From: Octopus vulgaris
Lineage: Eukaryota
Length of the DNA stretch: 64,000 bases
Assembly: GCA_951406725.2 (NCBI GenBank)
Contig: OX597823.1
Location: 74,710,001 to 74,774,000 of the forward strand
Reading direction: 5' to 3'
Positions within the stretch are counted from its first letter, which is position 1. The number at the start of each line of letters is the position of its first letter. A program made the position numbers and the translations under genes. Positions 25,487 to 39,316 of the stretch are shown piece after piece. The notes beneath the pieces are model-generated. The model did no database searches, was not told the DNA's origin, and worked only from the letters and a program-made list of their open reading frames with translations.

Positions 25487-26506
25487 TTATTGCTTATTTA
25501 GCTTGGGTTCGAATTTATCAATAAAATTCTTTTCTCTGATTTTCCTCTCGATTTCACTTGGGCTGTGTAATTTGTAGAATGGAAATATTATATATATTTT
25601 CCGACCACATGTTGCTAGGTGGTTACTCAAAGGTATCTGACGGACCTCTGGGTCTCTAATCTGTTGCCGGTGTACACGTGAGCGTTCTAATAGTGCGTTT
25701 CCCGTCTGACCTACATATATTTCTTCACAATTTGGGCATTTGATGCAGTAAATTAAATTTCTGCTTTTGCAGTTCATATTCGCGTTTGTGAATATTTTCC
25801 CGGTTTTTGTGTTTATATATTGACCGGTATGTATGAATTGGCATGTGCCACATCGGCTATCATTGCATTTAGATACCGTGAATGTTTGGTCTTTGTTGCT
25901 GAGGTCAAATTTTGCCTTTGTTAGTAATGTTTTCAAGTTTTTAGGCTGTCTTTTACTAAGCACCATAGCTCGATCCTTGATTATGTCTTTTAATTCATTA
26001 CTTTGGGCAATGATTGGTAGGTTTGCTTTGGCAATGTTGAAGATATTCTGGTGACATGGGTTGTGTGTCACTATGAATGGTATGACTTGTTCTTGTTTTC
26101 CTCTTCCTTGGGTTGTCCTAAGTTGTTGTATAGGTATTTTTATAGCCCGCTGTATGCCATTTTCTATAAGTAGAGATGGGTATTTTTGTTTGAGCAAAAA
26201 TTCTCTTAGTTCTATTAGGCGTTTGTTCCTGATATTTGCATCTTCTACAATAGTACAAATTCTTCTGGCTAGGCAGTATGGGATGTTACGTTTTGTATGT
26301 GGTGGATGGCACGACTTAAAATTTAGGTATTGATGTGTGTCTGTGTGTTTATAGTATATATCTGTGGTGATGGTGGTGTCTTTTTTAATTACCATTATAT
26401 CCAGGAATGGTAATTTGGTACTACTCATCTCCTTTGTAAATTTGAGAGATGGGTGTAGGTTGTTCAGGAGGATATTGAACTCTTCCAGAGTATTTAGAGA
26501 TTTAGG
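25487..26506 (-). CDS. PLE polyprotein C-terminus: RT end/thumb, Cys-rich linker and GIY-YIG endonuclease (5'-truncated)
   Basis: Open frame PKSLNTLEEF...LHPSLKFT...LPFLDI...DIYYKHTDTHQYLNFKSCHP...KCNDSRCGTC...NLIYCIKCPNCEEIYVGQT...ERSRVH...IREKNFIDKFEPKLN. Confidence 0.92.
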   Translation of the reverse strand, partial: PKSLNTLEEFNILLNNLHPSLKFTKEMSSTKLPFLDIMVIKKDTTITTDIYYKHTDTHQYLNFKSCHPPHTKRNIPYCLARRICTIVEDANIRNKRLIELREFLLKQKYPSLLIENGIQRAIKIPIQQLRTTQGRGKQEQVIPFIVTHNPCHQNIFNIAKANLPIIAQSNELKDIIKDRAMVLSKRQPKNLKTLLTKAKFDLSNKDQTFTVSKCNDSRCGTCQFIHTGQYINTKTGKIFTNANMNCKSRNLIYCIKCPNCEEIYVGQTGNALLERSRVHRQQIRDPEVRQIPLSNHLATCGRKIYIIFPFYKLHSPSEIERKIREKNFIDKFEPKLNKQ

Positions 26507-26538
26507 GCTGGTTTCCAGTGTTCAAGGCGTAAGAATCC

Positions 26539-27080
26539 CCGATTTTGAAAGGGAAGAATATGGTCAACAAATACTTGCCATTACATTTTTGATCAACGAA
26601 ATATAAACTATTTTGTTGCACAATGCGTTTCCATCTTTCCTTTAAGTTGCAAGTATCCTCTTCCCAGAATTGAGGTGGTTTCATGGCAAAGAATTCATCA
26701 AGGTATCTTTTTACGTCATCGAAAGAATTGAAATTTTTACCATTAAGAATATTCTGTAGAGACCCGAATAAGTGGAAATCCGAAGGAACAATATCTGGTG
26801 AATATGGAGGGTGGGTATCACATCCCAGCCGAGCTGCAGCAATTTTTTTCTGGTTCCCAAAGCATCAAGTGCTGAAAATTAACTTTCTTATCTTCCATTT
26901 GAAAGGCTTACGAAATTAACACCGGTTTTAGGAACATAAATATTCTCCCGCGAAAAGATAGCTTAAACTGTGCTCGAAATGGTGGTGTAGTCAAATCCTA
27001 TTTTATGAACTCAACCATGCTCTAAAATAAGTCGAACTGTAAGCTATTATAAATCGGCACGAACTTTACGGATAACCCAA
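26539..27080 (-). mobile_element. Non-autonomous mariner, same family and deletion as 876-1442; left TIR mostly lost
   Basis: Colinear with 899-1442. Right TIR TCGGCACGAACTTTACGGATAACCCAA followed by TA; MEDKKVNFQHLMLWE joined to the YSPDIVPSDFHLF segment. Confidence 0.9.
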
Positions 27081-30000
27081 TATTGTCATAATGCATGCAT
27101 TGGTTTTGTATATGCGCTTTTGTTCCGACTAGCACACTTATCCTTTGGTTATTTATTTGCTGTTTCGTTAGTCTTTTTTCTTCCATTCATAATATTTCTT
27201 CTATCATTTTTTCCTTTTATTATTATGTTGCTCTAATTGGTTTCCTTTAATTTCATCGCTGCTATTATGAATATAATGCCCTTGAATTTTCAATATATTC
27301 GTTGTCAGCGATATTTTCCCTTATTTTATTATACTATTAATTCTATTGTAATTATTGGAACATGCTTGACTTGTTTCACAGTATAGCAGCAGAAACTATA
27401 TCAACATAATTATATTTTAGTGAGGCTAGACATTCGAATCGACATTGTTCTAAATGCTCGGGGAATCAAAGGATCCCATTTCTTCTGTTACGAATATTTG
27501 AAACGATTCTTCCACGTTTAGGGAATAAATTAGGACATTTTGTCGTGTTTTAGCATGGTTTATCAAAATATAATTGAATATTGGGAACAGGGATGACAAT
27601 TTTGAATGATGTTCTGGACTCCTAACAACACGTTGGCTCGTATAGTATGCGTTTTAATTAACACAATGGGTAGAGTTAAATTCGATCGAATGTCCGTAGG
27701 TATTTGACGTAAACTCTCATTATTCGAAAAACGAAACCAATTTGTAACTTGTTCACAAATGAGAATACTTACTTTATGGCTTCACTGAAAGAAAGCTAGC
27801 TCCTGTGTGAGAAATTAATGAAGGACACAAATTCACCATTCAAGGTTTTATGTTCATAGTGATTAACTGGTACCATAAATGTTTTTAGCTAGAATGAATT
27901 TAACATCATACTTAGTGACTTAGCGCTGGAAGATGAATTAAATAAATACCGCAACATAAATCAAATCGAGGAAACATCAATAATTGCTCATTGAATCGAA
28001 AACTTTCAATCAAATTAACGACAACCTAGAGAAAGCAGAGTAAATATACAAATTGCATCATATACACAACTTTAATGGAATTTACTAATGTTTTCTTTTT
28101 GTTTATTCAGTGTACAGCCATAATAGATAAATTGCCTTACCGTTGCATTAGAAGATGAAATATATTTAAATACAGTGATTTGGTTACGTTTCGTATTTTC
28201 TAAAAGTAATACAAGCAAACCTTCTTTACATACCTTTCCTGTTTTGTTTATTGCAACAAAATATCCTGCGTTTCACTAGTAAGCAACTATATTCTCAATA
28301 ATTAGTTCCAATTACAATTTTCGCTTTCACTTTTTCTGGCCACATTATTGTCTCGATTCCTTTGCGACTATTTATTTTTTCATATGCAAAGATATTCCAA
28401 TATTGATTTTTCCCAAAGCAGACAATGGCAATATTTTTTTAAGATTGAAAGAGTTAATTCAAATAGCTGTGAATGAAATACTCTCTTCTTTGTGCAACGA
28501 TCATATATGATATGTGAGAGATATAGACAAAAAAACGCTATGAAAAGAACCAAATTGTAAAGGATGAAATATAATACAATATGAAGATTAAATATTGAAA
28601 GCTTGTGCAGATCTCTTGTCAGTTCAAGCAGGACTTATATTTGAAAAAAAACATTTACAGATTCTATATATCATTGATGATGGCCGAAAACACTAGTACT
28701 CAGCAAAACACATTTTTAATGTTAAGTAATAATCTAATGAGAATATGTAAATATATTTATGTATTAGAATACTGAACTACTATTCTGATATGAGTTGCTT
28801 AAGGAGCTCGTTTATGGTGGAGCGAGCCGTTGGAAATAGCATTCAAATCTCAATTGTCTCATACACTACGAAAATTTCGGACAGTGGCGATCTAAACGTT
28901 GTTGCACAACGGGAACACAGTCCAATGGAAACAAAACTTAGGAACGTTTTACAGTGTATCTGATTCCGTTCCAGGATATATTGAACAATAATTCATACAA
29001 TCAAAGTAATTCCATTCAAGTTTACAAGAAAAAAAATCATGAGATTAGAATGGCTTACAAAAATCTATTAATATAAATACATGTATATTGTCATTATTTC
29101 TGCAAATATTGTCGCCACCATTCTCGTAGGAGTCCTACATCAGAATATGAGTACAAATATCGACAGGGCTTGTAACATTGCTAAAAACTGTAGAGGTAGA
29201 ATGCATTTCAAGAACTCCACACTAATTGTATGATACGAATGCGAAGTTCTTTCCAAACGCATACTGAATATCCTGGATAACCACCGCAAGGCGTGATAGC
29301 ATGTAGCTCGAAAACGCAAGGAAAAATTGTAAATATAAGCGCCGTCCGTCTGAAAGTGTCAGTGATATAAATATAAACAAAATACAATTATATATGTCCT
29401 TTCATTAAATTCCGATGTGTTTGAACCAATGTTAAATTCTCCAAATTGTCTATAAGTATGAACGTCGTACAGGAGATGTTGTCTGAGCATTTTCAGAAAA
29501 CCGATAAAATTTCACTTTGGTCGTATGTATACAAGGCATCGACGTGCATTAGATGAGTCGAATACATATTGAAGGAAGGTGTTCCTCGGCTACATTATTA
29601 ACTAACCAAATAATGTCAGTGCATATAAATGCCTGGCAGCTCTTAGCAGTACTTCCTAAAATTAAACATAGCTAGACACTGTCTTTGGTCAATGAGAAAT
29701 AGTTCACTATACTGTAGAAATGTAAAGTTCATTAGTAACTTCAGTTATATAGGAACGTTGAATTTCCTTACTAAAAGATTACCCAATAAATTTGCTGCTT
29801 GATTTCGATCCACCAAAGCTAATACGTAGTATGCAGCAAATGGATTAGGAGAATGTATTAAGGTTCATTACAACTAGTACTCAGAGTTCACTCGCTGAAT
29901 TTATGTTGAGATATTTCCTCGAAATGCAATTTCCGTGCGCTTCAACTACGTAACACATAACAGAGCTGATCAAATTTACAGACGTTTATATCCGTGGGTT

Positions 30001-31108
30001 TTTGTATGTACGTTTGCGCTAATAAATATCCCCGCCAACGAAATTTATGAGAGCTCCGTTACATAACTACTATTCAAGAAGAAATAAACAAATAATTATT
30101 ATTTATAATCAAGTATCGACTAACAATAAAAATATTATCCCTATTGACATGATATTATCACAACGCTTGGGCTTAATTTATTAAGACATAAATTGTGTGT
30201 GAATTATAATTGCTCATCTGAAATCCGTAGTTACAAGTGTATAGCTTAATGCATATCGTTTTGAAAATATGGTCTGAACTCACTATAAAATTCTGTATTT
30301 AGTGTGTATTGAAGCTATCAAATTGTAGGTAATGTTTTTTTTTTCTAAACCGATATAACTCAGAAAATCCTACCTGGTATTACGCCTTCTAAAGTTGTAC
30401 CAGGTGTAATAGCAGGATATTTTGAATGAAATTCTTCGAATCCAATTACTCTTGCTGCTTCTTTTCACTTAGAATTGCACAGCCATGTTTGAAAAGAAAA
30501 TCTGTATTTTTTAGAAGTTAATACGAACGCATTTCACTTATATGAACAAAAAACGGAATATATTATAAAAATACTAATGGAAAAGTATGCTCGTTATATG
30601 ACACACCATACAGTATACGAAATTTTAGTTTTTATGGAACTATATTCAGAAAAGCAGACGCAAGAATAACGTTAAATTTCTAAAGCAAATCTCCATATTT
30701 CAATATTCTTTCTCGGAATATCATTCAAAAACTAACTAATTAGACGGAATATGACGGAGTCAGAATACATCACGCACATTCTTCGCAGTTCATCGAGTTT
30801 ATTATTCTTTATAAATATCTTTTTGAAAAAGTAAAAACTGAACTGCAGTGTGTATGATTTGGTTATGTGAGCTGTGGAAAGTATTTCTAGCTTCTTCGTA
30901 ATTTATGCGTTTAAATGTATAAAAATATCGAGCAATATTCCTATTAAATGCATTCAATATAAGTCGAAGCAATATTACCGTCGTTCTAATAATAATGATT
31001 AAAATATTGATTTCCATGTATATTCCCTTCTGAATATTTACTCGTATGCACAGAAACACACACACATTTACAGGAACGTACCCACACCCATACGCATCTA
31101 CACTTACA

Positions 31109-31144
<36 letters not shown>

Positions 31145-31148
<4 letters not shown>

Positions 31149-32315
31149 ATATGTAGAAAAATACAAACTGGCACAAGAACGTAAAACATTTAGAAGACGA
31201 TACGAAAAACGGACGGGACATTCGAAGCCTTCAATCTTCAGTCAAGAACCGGATCATCGTAGCAATTTCGGCTGATTAATCTTGAGATCGCTCCGATCCG
31301 GCCAGCCACAAGGAAAAATTAAGCTACGAACATTAAATTTCTTGGAAGAAGGATCGAATGTATACGAAACAGGGACAGAAACACGGACGAGCCACACGAA
31401 TATAAAATACAAAAACAATAATGAAATACAAAAAACAATAATGGTAAAAACAGGACGAAAACAGCGGGTGTCTTACGACTAATAAACTATACAGCAAGTT
31501 TAGCTGGCGTATTTGGAAAAAATGCCTTTTCGGCAGACAAAGGCAACGATGTTCTCACGGCAGCGGTCGGAGGCCAAAAGGCTGATTTGACCAGCAGTCA
31601 CGTGATGGAAAAGAGAGAATAGAAAGGGGGCAAGGGAAACAAAGAGATAGAGAGAAAAAAAAGAGGGACGAAGGCAACAAAGGGGGGAGAAAAGAGAGAA
31701 AGAAGGAATTAAAGAGGGGGGGGAGAAAGAGTGCGTGTCAAGGATTGGCTAGTGAGTGCAAAGTAAGAAAGACAGAGAAATGTGAGAGTGGGGGAAGAGT
31801 AGACCAAAGAATCAGAGGCAAGAAAAGAGAAAAGGAGGAGAAGTAGAGAGAGAGAGAGAGAGAGAAGGGGACAGATCAAAGTAGAAAGCAAAGTGTGAAA
31901 GGCAGAGAAATGTAGGAGAGAGAGACTGTGCAGAGTTGTACCAAAGTTATAGGAATATGTACTTACATGTAAGGCCAACGAGGGTACGGACTGCGCTATA
32001 TATTTTTTATATGTAGAAAACTAGAAACTGGGACAAGAACGTAAGACATTTAGAAGACGATAAAAAAACGAAGCCTTCAATCGTCAGTCAAGAACCGGAT
32101 CATCATAGCAATTTCGGCTGATTAATCTTGAGATCGCTCCGATCCGGCCAGCCCCAAGGAAAAATTAATTTACGAGCATTAGATTTCTTGGAAGAAGGAT
32201 CGAATGTATTCGAAACAGGGACAGAAAAGCGGACGATGCCACACGAATATAAAATACAAAAAACAATAATGGTAAAAACAGGACGAAAACAGCGGGTGTC
32301 TTACGACTAATAAAC
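31145..32315 (-). mobile_element. Non-coding retroelement with two direct repeats (pseudo-LTR/partial tandem), inserted at (TA)n
   Basis: 31145-31487 is close to 32005-32315; the spacer of about 515 bp is GA-rich with no credible ORF; both repeats begin after a TATA run. Strand is inferred. Confidence 0.7.
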
Positions 32316-32447
32316 AGAAATCCCGTTGAAGAAACTACTCCGAAACTTTGTGCTAGTGTTCTTGGGAGCGTATAATGTGTAATGAGGAAATAAAACCAAG
32401 TAATGATCTGTTGAATACGTGATTTAATAGGTGAGTTTCACAGGAAT
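32314..32447 (+). repeat. 134-bp duplicate of 33298-33431
   Basis: ACAGAAATCC...TTTCACAGGAAT occurs at both places with a few substitutions. Confidence 0.92.
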
Positions 32448-32509
32448 ATATATATATGAAAAGTAGTCATACATATAAATAAATAAATATATATATATAT
32501 ATATATATA

Positions 32510-32854
<345 letters not shown>

Positions 32855-35194
32855 TACTTAAATGTAGGCAAGCTGAATATACTAAATAAGTATAGTTAAA
32901 TTGAAAATATATATCACATTTTAGAAATAATTAGATTGTCATCACTATTGTTACAATTGCATATTTTGTATGAATTACAACATTGACGTTATTCTCGACC
33001 TCATAATTATAGTGGATTCCGTGATATTAATATTATTTCTTATGAAATTCCTTGATGCATTTGCATTTATACGATTTCAGAATATTAAATTTTGTATATA
33101 CAATCTGCCTTAAAAATTAATCTGAATACAATTTCTCATATGATATAGACGTACTTCATCTAATTATTAACTATATTTCTAAGAATAATACAAGTAAATG
33201 AAACTAATGCAATCAATATGAATTATACACACGTGTACCTACACACACTTATATTTCGAGTTAAGTCTAGAAGCGACTAACGTTACAAGAATTTCCGACA
33301 GAAATCCAGTTGAAGAAACTACTCCGTAACTTTGTGCTAGTGTTCTTGGGGGTGTATAATGTGTAATGAGGAAATAAAACCAAGTAATGATCTGTTGAAT
33401 ACGTGATTTAATACGGGAGTTTCACAGGAATTTGCAATAGACAAAAAGGGAACTTCATTCCTTACTCTGATCACACCGCGGTTTAAGTACAACAAAATAA
33501 GAGAAAATTGATGGAATTATCCATTTATATATGGTCCGGGCAGTTTATGAACACATAGACGAAACAAAGGGAGAAATGAATAAGAAAGGGAGAGAGTGAA
33601 GAAAACAGAAAGAGAGAGAAGAAAGAGAGAGAGAAAAAAGAGAAAGGGAAGGCAAACGTATTCGATGCGTAGGTATGTGCTGCAGAAGATGGAGCCCTTA
33701 TGGAATGAGAGGAGAAAGGGTCGACGAAATAAATGAATACATAAATTAATATATAAATGCTTCAAAACACACATCTCTACATACAAAATATAAAAGTATA
33801 ATCAGAATAATAAGCACTACAAAATATAATAACAATAAGGATATAAAAATAATAGTGAGACCTCTGACAACAGGTTGTTGTCCGCTCTCACAGAGTCAAC
33901 CAGAGAATGTAGGACCGAGAGCTGTGAACAGTAAAACTGCACAAATTCCTGACCTGATGTAAGGTCACATCGTCAGCAATCATAAAAGCACCGCTACTAA
34001 ATTCCCTGGTAAGGAGGGTTACTAGAATCCTATTAGGACTGAAAACAAGACCTGTAAAATGGGCGGATGAAAGACGTGTAGGTGCAGCGACTATCTAGCA
34101 TTAGCAAAGGCTCTCAGAAATACTCCGTTACCGTTCAACGTGCTGGTGGATCACTCGGAGTGAGACCCACATTAGATGTCTCTAGAAGTTCACTCATATA
34201 AAAACCAGATAGCAGGGAATGACATGGGATATTTTGGGAATCTTCTACTTGAACATAAGATCATGGAAGTTCCATATTCCTGAGATTGTGACCCATATTG
34301 ACATTAAATGTCTTACTGTGGCTTATCTCTGAATCATGCCAATAGGGTGGAAGAGCGTTGTGAATTGCTGTGCAAGCCTTATTTATCCTAAATGGTTAGG
34401 TTGTGCAATTTCCGGTTTGGAAACTCACCGATGACCAGGGCGTATTGATATGTGTGTGTGTATGTCTGTGCGTGTGTGTCTTTGTGTGTGTATGTTTGTG
34501 CATGTGTACTTGGAGTGTGTGTATGTATGAGTGTCTGTGTCTGTGTGTGTATGTGTTTCAGTGTGCCTGAATGCGTGTACGTGTGTGTGTGTGGCGTTTT
34601 GCAAATTGAAACGCTTTGTCCTTCGTCACCAATGTCTGTGCTCTGATATGAATTCCTTTGTTACGTCCGTCCTTTCTGATACCCCAACTCTGCTAATAAA
34701 TGTACAATATTTTGAAGCCGATGGGCTGTAGGTTTCTAAATGGGTGAATCTGCTAATTTCTCCTAAGCAAGTGCTGTATCACAGCAGGATATGGAAGAAA
34801 GTATGATAATAAAAACAAAAGCTACTTCTGGATGTTAGCTTAAACGTTTGGAATACAAGCGAGATACATTGTGGTAACAGGCGCTAGAAGCTCTGATGGG
34901 GGATGGTAATTACAAGATTTCATTGAATTTCATGCCAGTATAACATATGTGATCGTAGAAGAAAGGATGAAGTATACATACAAATACATACACACATACA
35001 CACAAACACACAAGCAAGCACCCATAAAAAACATGAATATGCAAAATACATTCATAGATACATACATATGCACACACATGCATACATACATATATGCGTA
35101 CATACATGCATACATACATACATATGCGTATGCACAAGTATAATTGCACGACGACGCATACGCATGCACACAAACAGGCTAAAAGAACGTAGCT

Positions 35195-35732
35195 TCAATA
35201 ACGAGCAGTCAATATCGATTGACAAGTTTGCAAAGACATAGAAAATTTTGGACGAAAAAATATGTGATTGGAAATCGAACTGGTGAGTGTATTAGATAAT
35301 AGGGCATTAAAACAATATGACTCTCCCCTGACACAACTCATATATACAAGTAAAACGCCCTCCCCGTCCAATGGACGGTGCTGAGTTGTCAAACATTTAA
35401 ACCAAATTTTCTCAAAACAACTTGTCCGACCGTCCCATAGGCCTCCCTTTTTTTAGAAACACTGATTTAACCTAGATTTGAGACACCAGCAAAAGAAGAA
35501 ATAAAGATAGACTTTGTTCTATTTCAAGAAAAAAAGATTTTACAAATGCACGTTCCCACGGCTTTATCGGTCGCATTCTCACCTGGAATCGATTTATGTA
35601 TTTTTTTCAAAACTTATACACGGCCTGATACCGTCGGTACCTTCATATCAAATTTGAGTGCAATCGGATGGAAGATGCCCGAGATCCTAGAAGACACACA
35701 CACAGACAGACAGAACAGATTATATCTATTGA
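35195..35732 (-). mobile_element. Probable non-autonomous Helitron-like element (5' end preserved)
   Basis: The minus strand starts TCAATAGATATAATCTGTTCTGTCTGTCTGTGTGTG...CCGATTGCACTCAAATTTG, a typical Helitron-derivative 5' end; left boundary uncertain. Confidence 0.5.
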
Positions 35733-36039
35733 TTGGACATCAATGATATTATGCAAATAATAAAATACCACGATTTAGCCTGAATGAAGAGATGTTGAAA
35801 CACAAATGGAAAATTATTCCTGGTAAAATCGATACACTCGGCGCAGTACCAAAACTACTCCCTCCAAGATGAAGGGTGTTATGATTGAAGTAATTGCTGT
35901 TGACAGGCGGCAGTGTAATATCTTCCTTCAATTATGTTTCGTAAGAAAGATTACTGGAATTTCAGGAAACATTCTTTCACTAAAACCTAGGATAACATAA
36001 CTACTACTTATATGTTCGGGTAATACATATAAGGCCAGC

Positions 36040-36510
36040 AATTTCAGGTAGAATGAATTACCTGAATCCGTCAAATCCAGTGAAAATCTAAAACTTAATT
36101 TCTAGAACCGGGATGGTTGTAGCACGATGTTTTAATCGGTGGAATTGAAACTTAGAACGTAAAGAGGATTACGAAATTCCGCTAAGCGTTTCGTCCGACG
36201 CGGCATAGGTTCTGCCAGCTGCCCAACTTAATAACAATGGCTTCAAATTTTGGCACAAGATCAACACTTTCGGGAGAGTGGCTTAATCAATTACATCGAC
36301 CCAAGTGGTGATCTGATACTTATATCATCGACTTCGACAGTTATGAATGAGTAAGTCGACTTCGTCGGAATTTCTAATAGGGGTAGGAGTTAGTCGATTC
36401 AATGGACACTAGCAGTTGACAAAAAAAAAAGCAAAGTCGACCTCTGCGGGATTTGAACTCCGATCATTATGGGTCGGGAAATTTGCAGTACGTGTTAACG
36501 ATTCTCTCGA
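36040..36510 (-). mobile_element. Cluster of decayed SINE family A fragments
   Basis: Repeated AAGTCGAC...GGAATTTGAACT-like motifs and CTAAGCGTTTCGTCCGACG...TCTGCCAGCT. Confidence 0.6.
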
Positions 36511-37408
36511 AACCGCAGCAACAATTATCCGTAGCCGCAGCATTAAATTTTAACTGCAGAAAGTGTAGTATTAGCAGCAGCAGCAGTAGTGTAGTAGTAG
36601 TTGCAGCAGCAGCGTAAGCAGCAATGGTAGTAGTAGTAGTGAGAAAATGTTATTTAGCTATTTGAGGCTAATATGTTTGTCCTTCGTTGAAGTAGATTAT
36701 TCTATCAGAAATACAAATTGCCACCTTGTCATAACCCAATAATATCGTTACTCAACTGGTAATTTTAAACACCCACATCGTAAAATATTTTAATGAATCT
36801 CTGGAGAAGAGCAATGAAACGTCCAAAGATCACTACAAACAAATGTATAAGAACAATAAAATATTATAAAAGCTCCCCAGAAAATAGCGGTTTGTTGCTG
36901 TATTGACTGTAAAAACAACGAACGAAAGAAATAGAAATTTTTCTTCTCTGAACAATCGATATCTACCACGTCTAATGAAGTTATTAATGGACACCTATTT
37001 GTTAAACGGCAGATCCAATGCACTGGGTTCGAGCTGATGGCGATGATGAGAATGATAATGATGCCGGTGATGATGATATTGACGTCGGCGAAGGAGATGG
37101 TTATAGTGGCAGAGACATTGATAACGAAGAGGTATTGAAATTAGAGCAATAAAGAGCCAAATAAATGAAATTAACGATCCAATGACCGTGTTGTAGCTGC
37201 CGAAAATAGAGGCCAACTCTTTATGATATTGTTCTGAACTATTTGTTAGAATGTGGATGGGTGTGTTCGTTATATTTTCTTGTCATACTAATATCATAAT
37301 AATACTATCTTCAAAAATAAGATGAATCTCTGGCTGATAAAGATGTTTTACAGTAAAGGTTTAGAGAATCATATTTAACCAGGGACTAAATAAGAATAAT
37401 GACAAAGT

Positions 37409-37638
37409 CGGCGTGCTGGCAGAAACGTTAGCACGCCGGGTGAAATGCTTAGCAGTATTTAGTCTGCCGCTACGTTCTGAGTTCATATTCCGCCGAGGTT
37501 GACTTTGCCTTTCATCTTTTCGGGGTCAATAAATTAAATACCAGGTTACGCACTGGGGTCGATGCAATCAACTTAATCCGTTTGTCTGTCCTTGTTTGTC
37601 CCCTCTGTGGGTAGCCCCTTGTGGGCAGTAAAGAAATA
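37409..37638 (+). mobile_element. SINE family A
   Basis: GCTGGCAGAAACGTTAGCACGCCGGG...TTGCCTTTCATCTTTTCGGGGTC...GTGGGCAGTAAAGAAATAA. Confidence 0.9.
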
Positions 37639-39249
37639 AGAATAATGACAATAACAACGTCATCAACAAAAACAAATGCAACAACAGAGATGGAAACTGA
37701 AAATGGTGGCTTTAACATTAAATGTATAAAATACATGGTGATGTCGACGACCGACAAATACGTCAACGATGTTTACGACAAACACCATAATGATGAAAAT
37801 AATTGTGATGATGACGACATTAAAGTCGATCATGGCAATGCGTACAAGTACCATGACAGAGTCTGCGCCAATGGCAATGATAATGTATTATTAGATGAGT
37901 TTAATTGAGATAATTACTGGCACTATGTCTGTGATTGTAACGTTCCTTATAAATAGATTAAAATTGTGTTTATTGTGTTTAATGAAACTCGTAATGCCAT
38001 TATAATTGATAATACGTAAATTAAGTGCAAAGATGGATCTTCATGCCTTTCTTAAAAGCTTAATCGTCATAAGTGGCATTCATATGAAAATAGATTGTAT
38101 TTATGTTTATATCATCGTGCGCCGTCCTCAAGTATGTCTATGCGTGTGTCTGTGTGTGTCTATGCATGTACTCAGTGTATATCTGTCTATCTGTATACAT
38201 TTATGCGTTTTCCATTTGTGTATGCATATATGTGTGTGCACGCGACCGATTGCACCCTTACTGTTGTGTAGTTACCCATGAAAGCCTCGCACGTATTGTC
38301 TGGGTGCATTTTATTTTCCGAGACGTAGTCAATTAATGACTAGATAAGGCAATATATCGTTCTGCCTTTAAGATGTTAAAGCTTGATCTGGAGGAAATTT
38401 GTCAGCTGTTTATTGGCTGTTGAGTGTGCGTGTATGCTGACGTGTGTGCGTGCAAGTGTGTGTGTGTGTGTGTGTATGTGTGTGTGTGTGTGTGTGTGTG
38501 TTTGTGTGTGTGTGTATGTTTGGTGGAAGACAGAGAATATAATATTTGAATGAATGTTTGACTTCGTGATGAAATGAATAGTTGACTGGTTCGATTATAG
38601 TTAATTCAGTAGCAAAAATGAATAATGTATATTGGCTTCTCAATGCAGGAAGTATTACAGGATGAAGGATGAGCTCTGCTCGAAATGTTTTAAATATATT
38701 GTAAGCACTATACAACTAGACATTTCCGTTTTTTCCTCTTTTACCCAATTTTCAATGCTGCCGTAACGTTGTACTGAAGTCCACACAAATACATAGAAAC
38801 CTTTTGAATAGACTTCACCCACACACTTGCACATCTAATGACCTCAAGAATCTCGATTTTCATGTATAGGAAAAACGTAATTATTGTAAAATCAATTGTT
38901 GTCAGCATCTTCCTAATTTGGACAGAGATAGTCTTGTTGATAGGGTGCACAAGTTTCAGCACATTTATCAATGTAATCTCTGACAGAAAACCCTTCATAC
39001 AAGGTTGTAATTTATTTAACTTTCCAAAACTCATCATACTTTCTGAACTTAACTGAAATGATGTTTGCCGATTCAATACATCACTCGTCTCTTTTTCAAT
39101 ACATTTTGTACCACGGCGATGAAAAAGAAAATAAGAACAGAGCAACATTCTAAGAAGTTGATAAGTTCGTGTATATGATGCATCACTTTTATATTCAAAT
39201 GGTTATTGCTGTTTACTAAAATTATATATTTTTATGGTTGTAATTTCAG

Positions 39250-39316
39250 GCTGGGCAAGCACGACACAATACGACATTGTAATACAAAGGCCTGTCAGAC
39301 ATATCATTAAATCACG
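39250..39316 (+). CDS. Candidate internal micro-exon of an unidentified host gene
   Basis: TAATTTCAG acceptor and CG|GTAAAT donor; only one frame is open, giving (G)WASTTQYDIVIQRPVRHIIKS(R). No recognisable homology. Confidence 0.3.

Larger units (their letters stand above)
24815..26506 (-). mobile_element. 5'-truncated Penelope-like element (C-terminal GIY-YIG; Naiad/Neptune-like), 3' end abutting (TA)n
   Basis: RT thumb plus GIY-YIG ORF, a 3' region with CCAAT/TATA boxes, an HHR and AATAAA, terminating in (TA)n near 24815. The clade label is tentative. Confidence 0.92.

Noticed and set aside
25487-26506. Selenocysteine recoding, as reported for some Naiad-type PLEs
   Set aside because: The retained ORF has no in-frame TGA and I identified no SECIS; the missing 5' part cannot be assessed.
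33855-34200. GC-richer segment resembling a LINE 5' UTR with a possible ribozyme
   Set aside because: No HDV, twister or HHR fold could be fitted and there is no downstream ORF.
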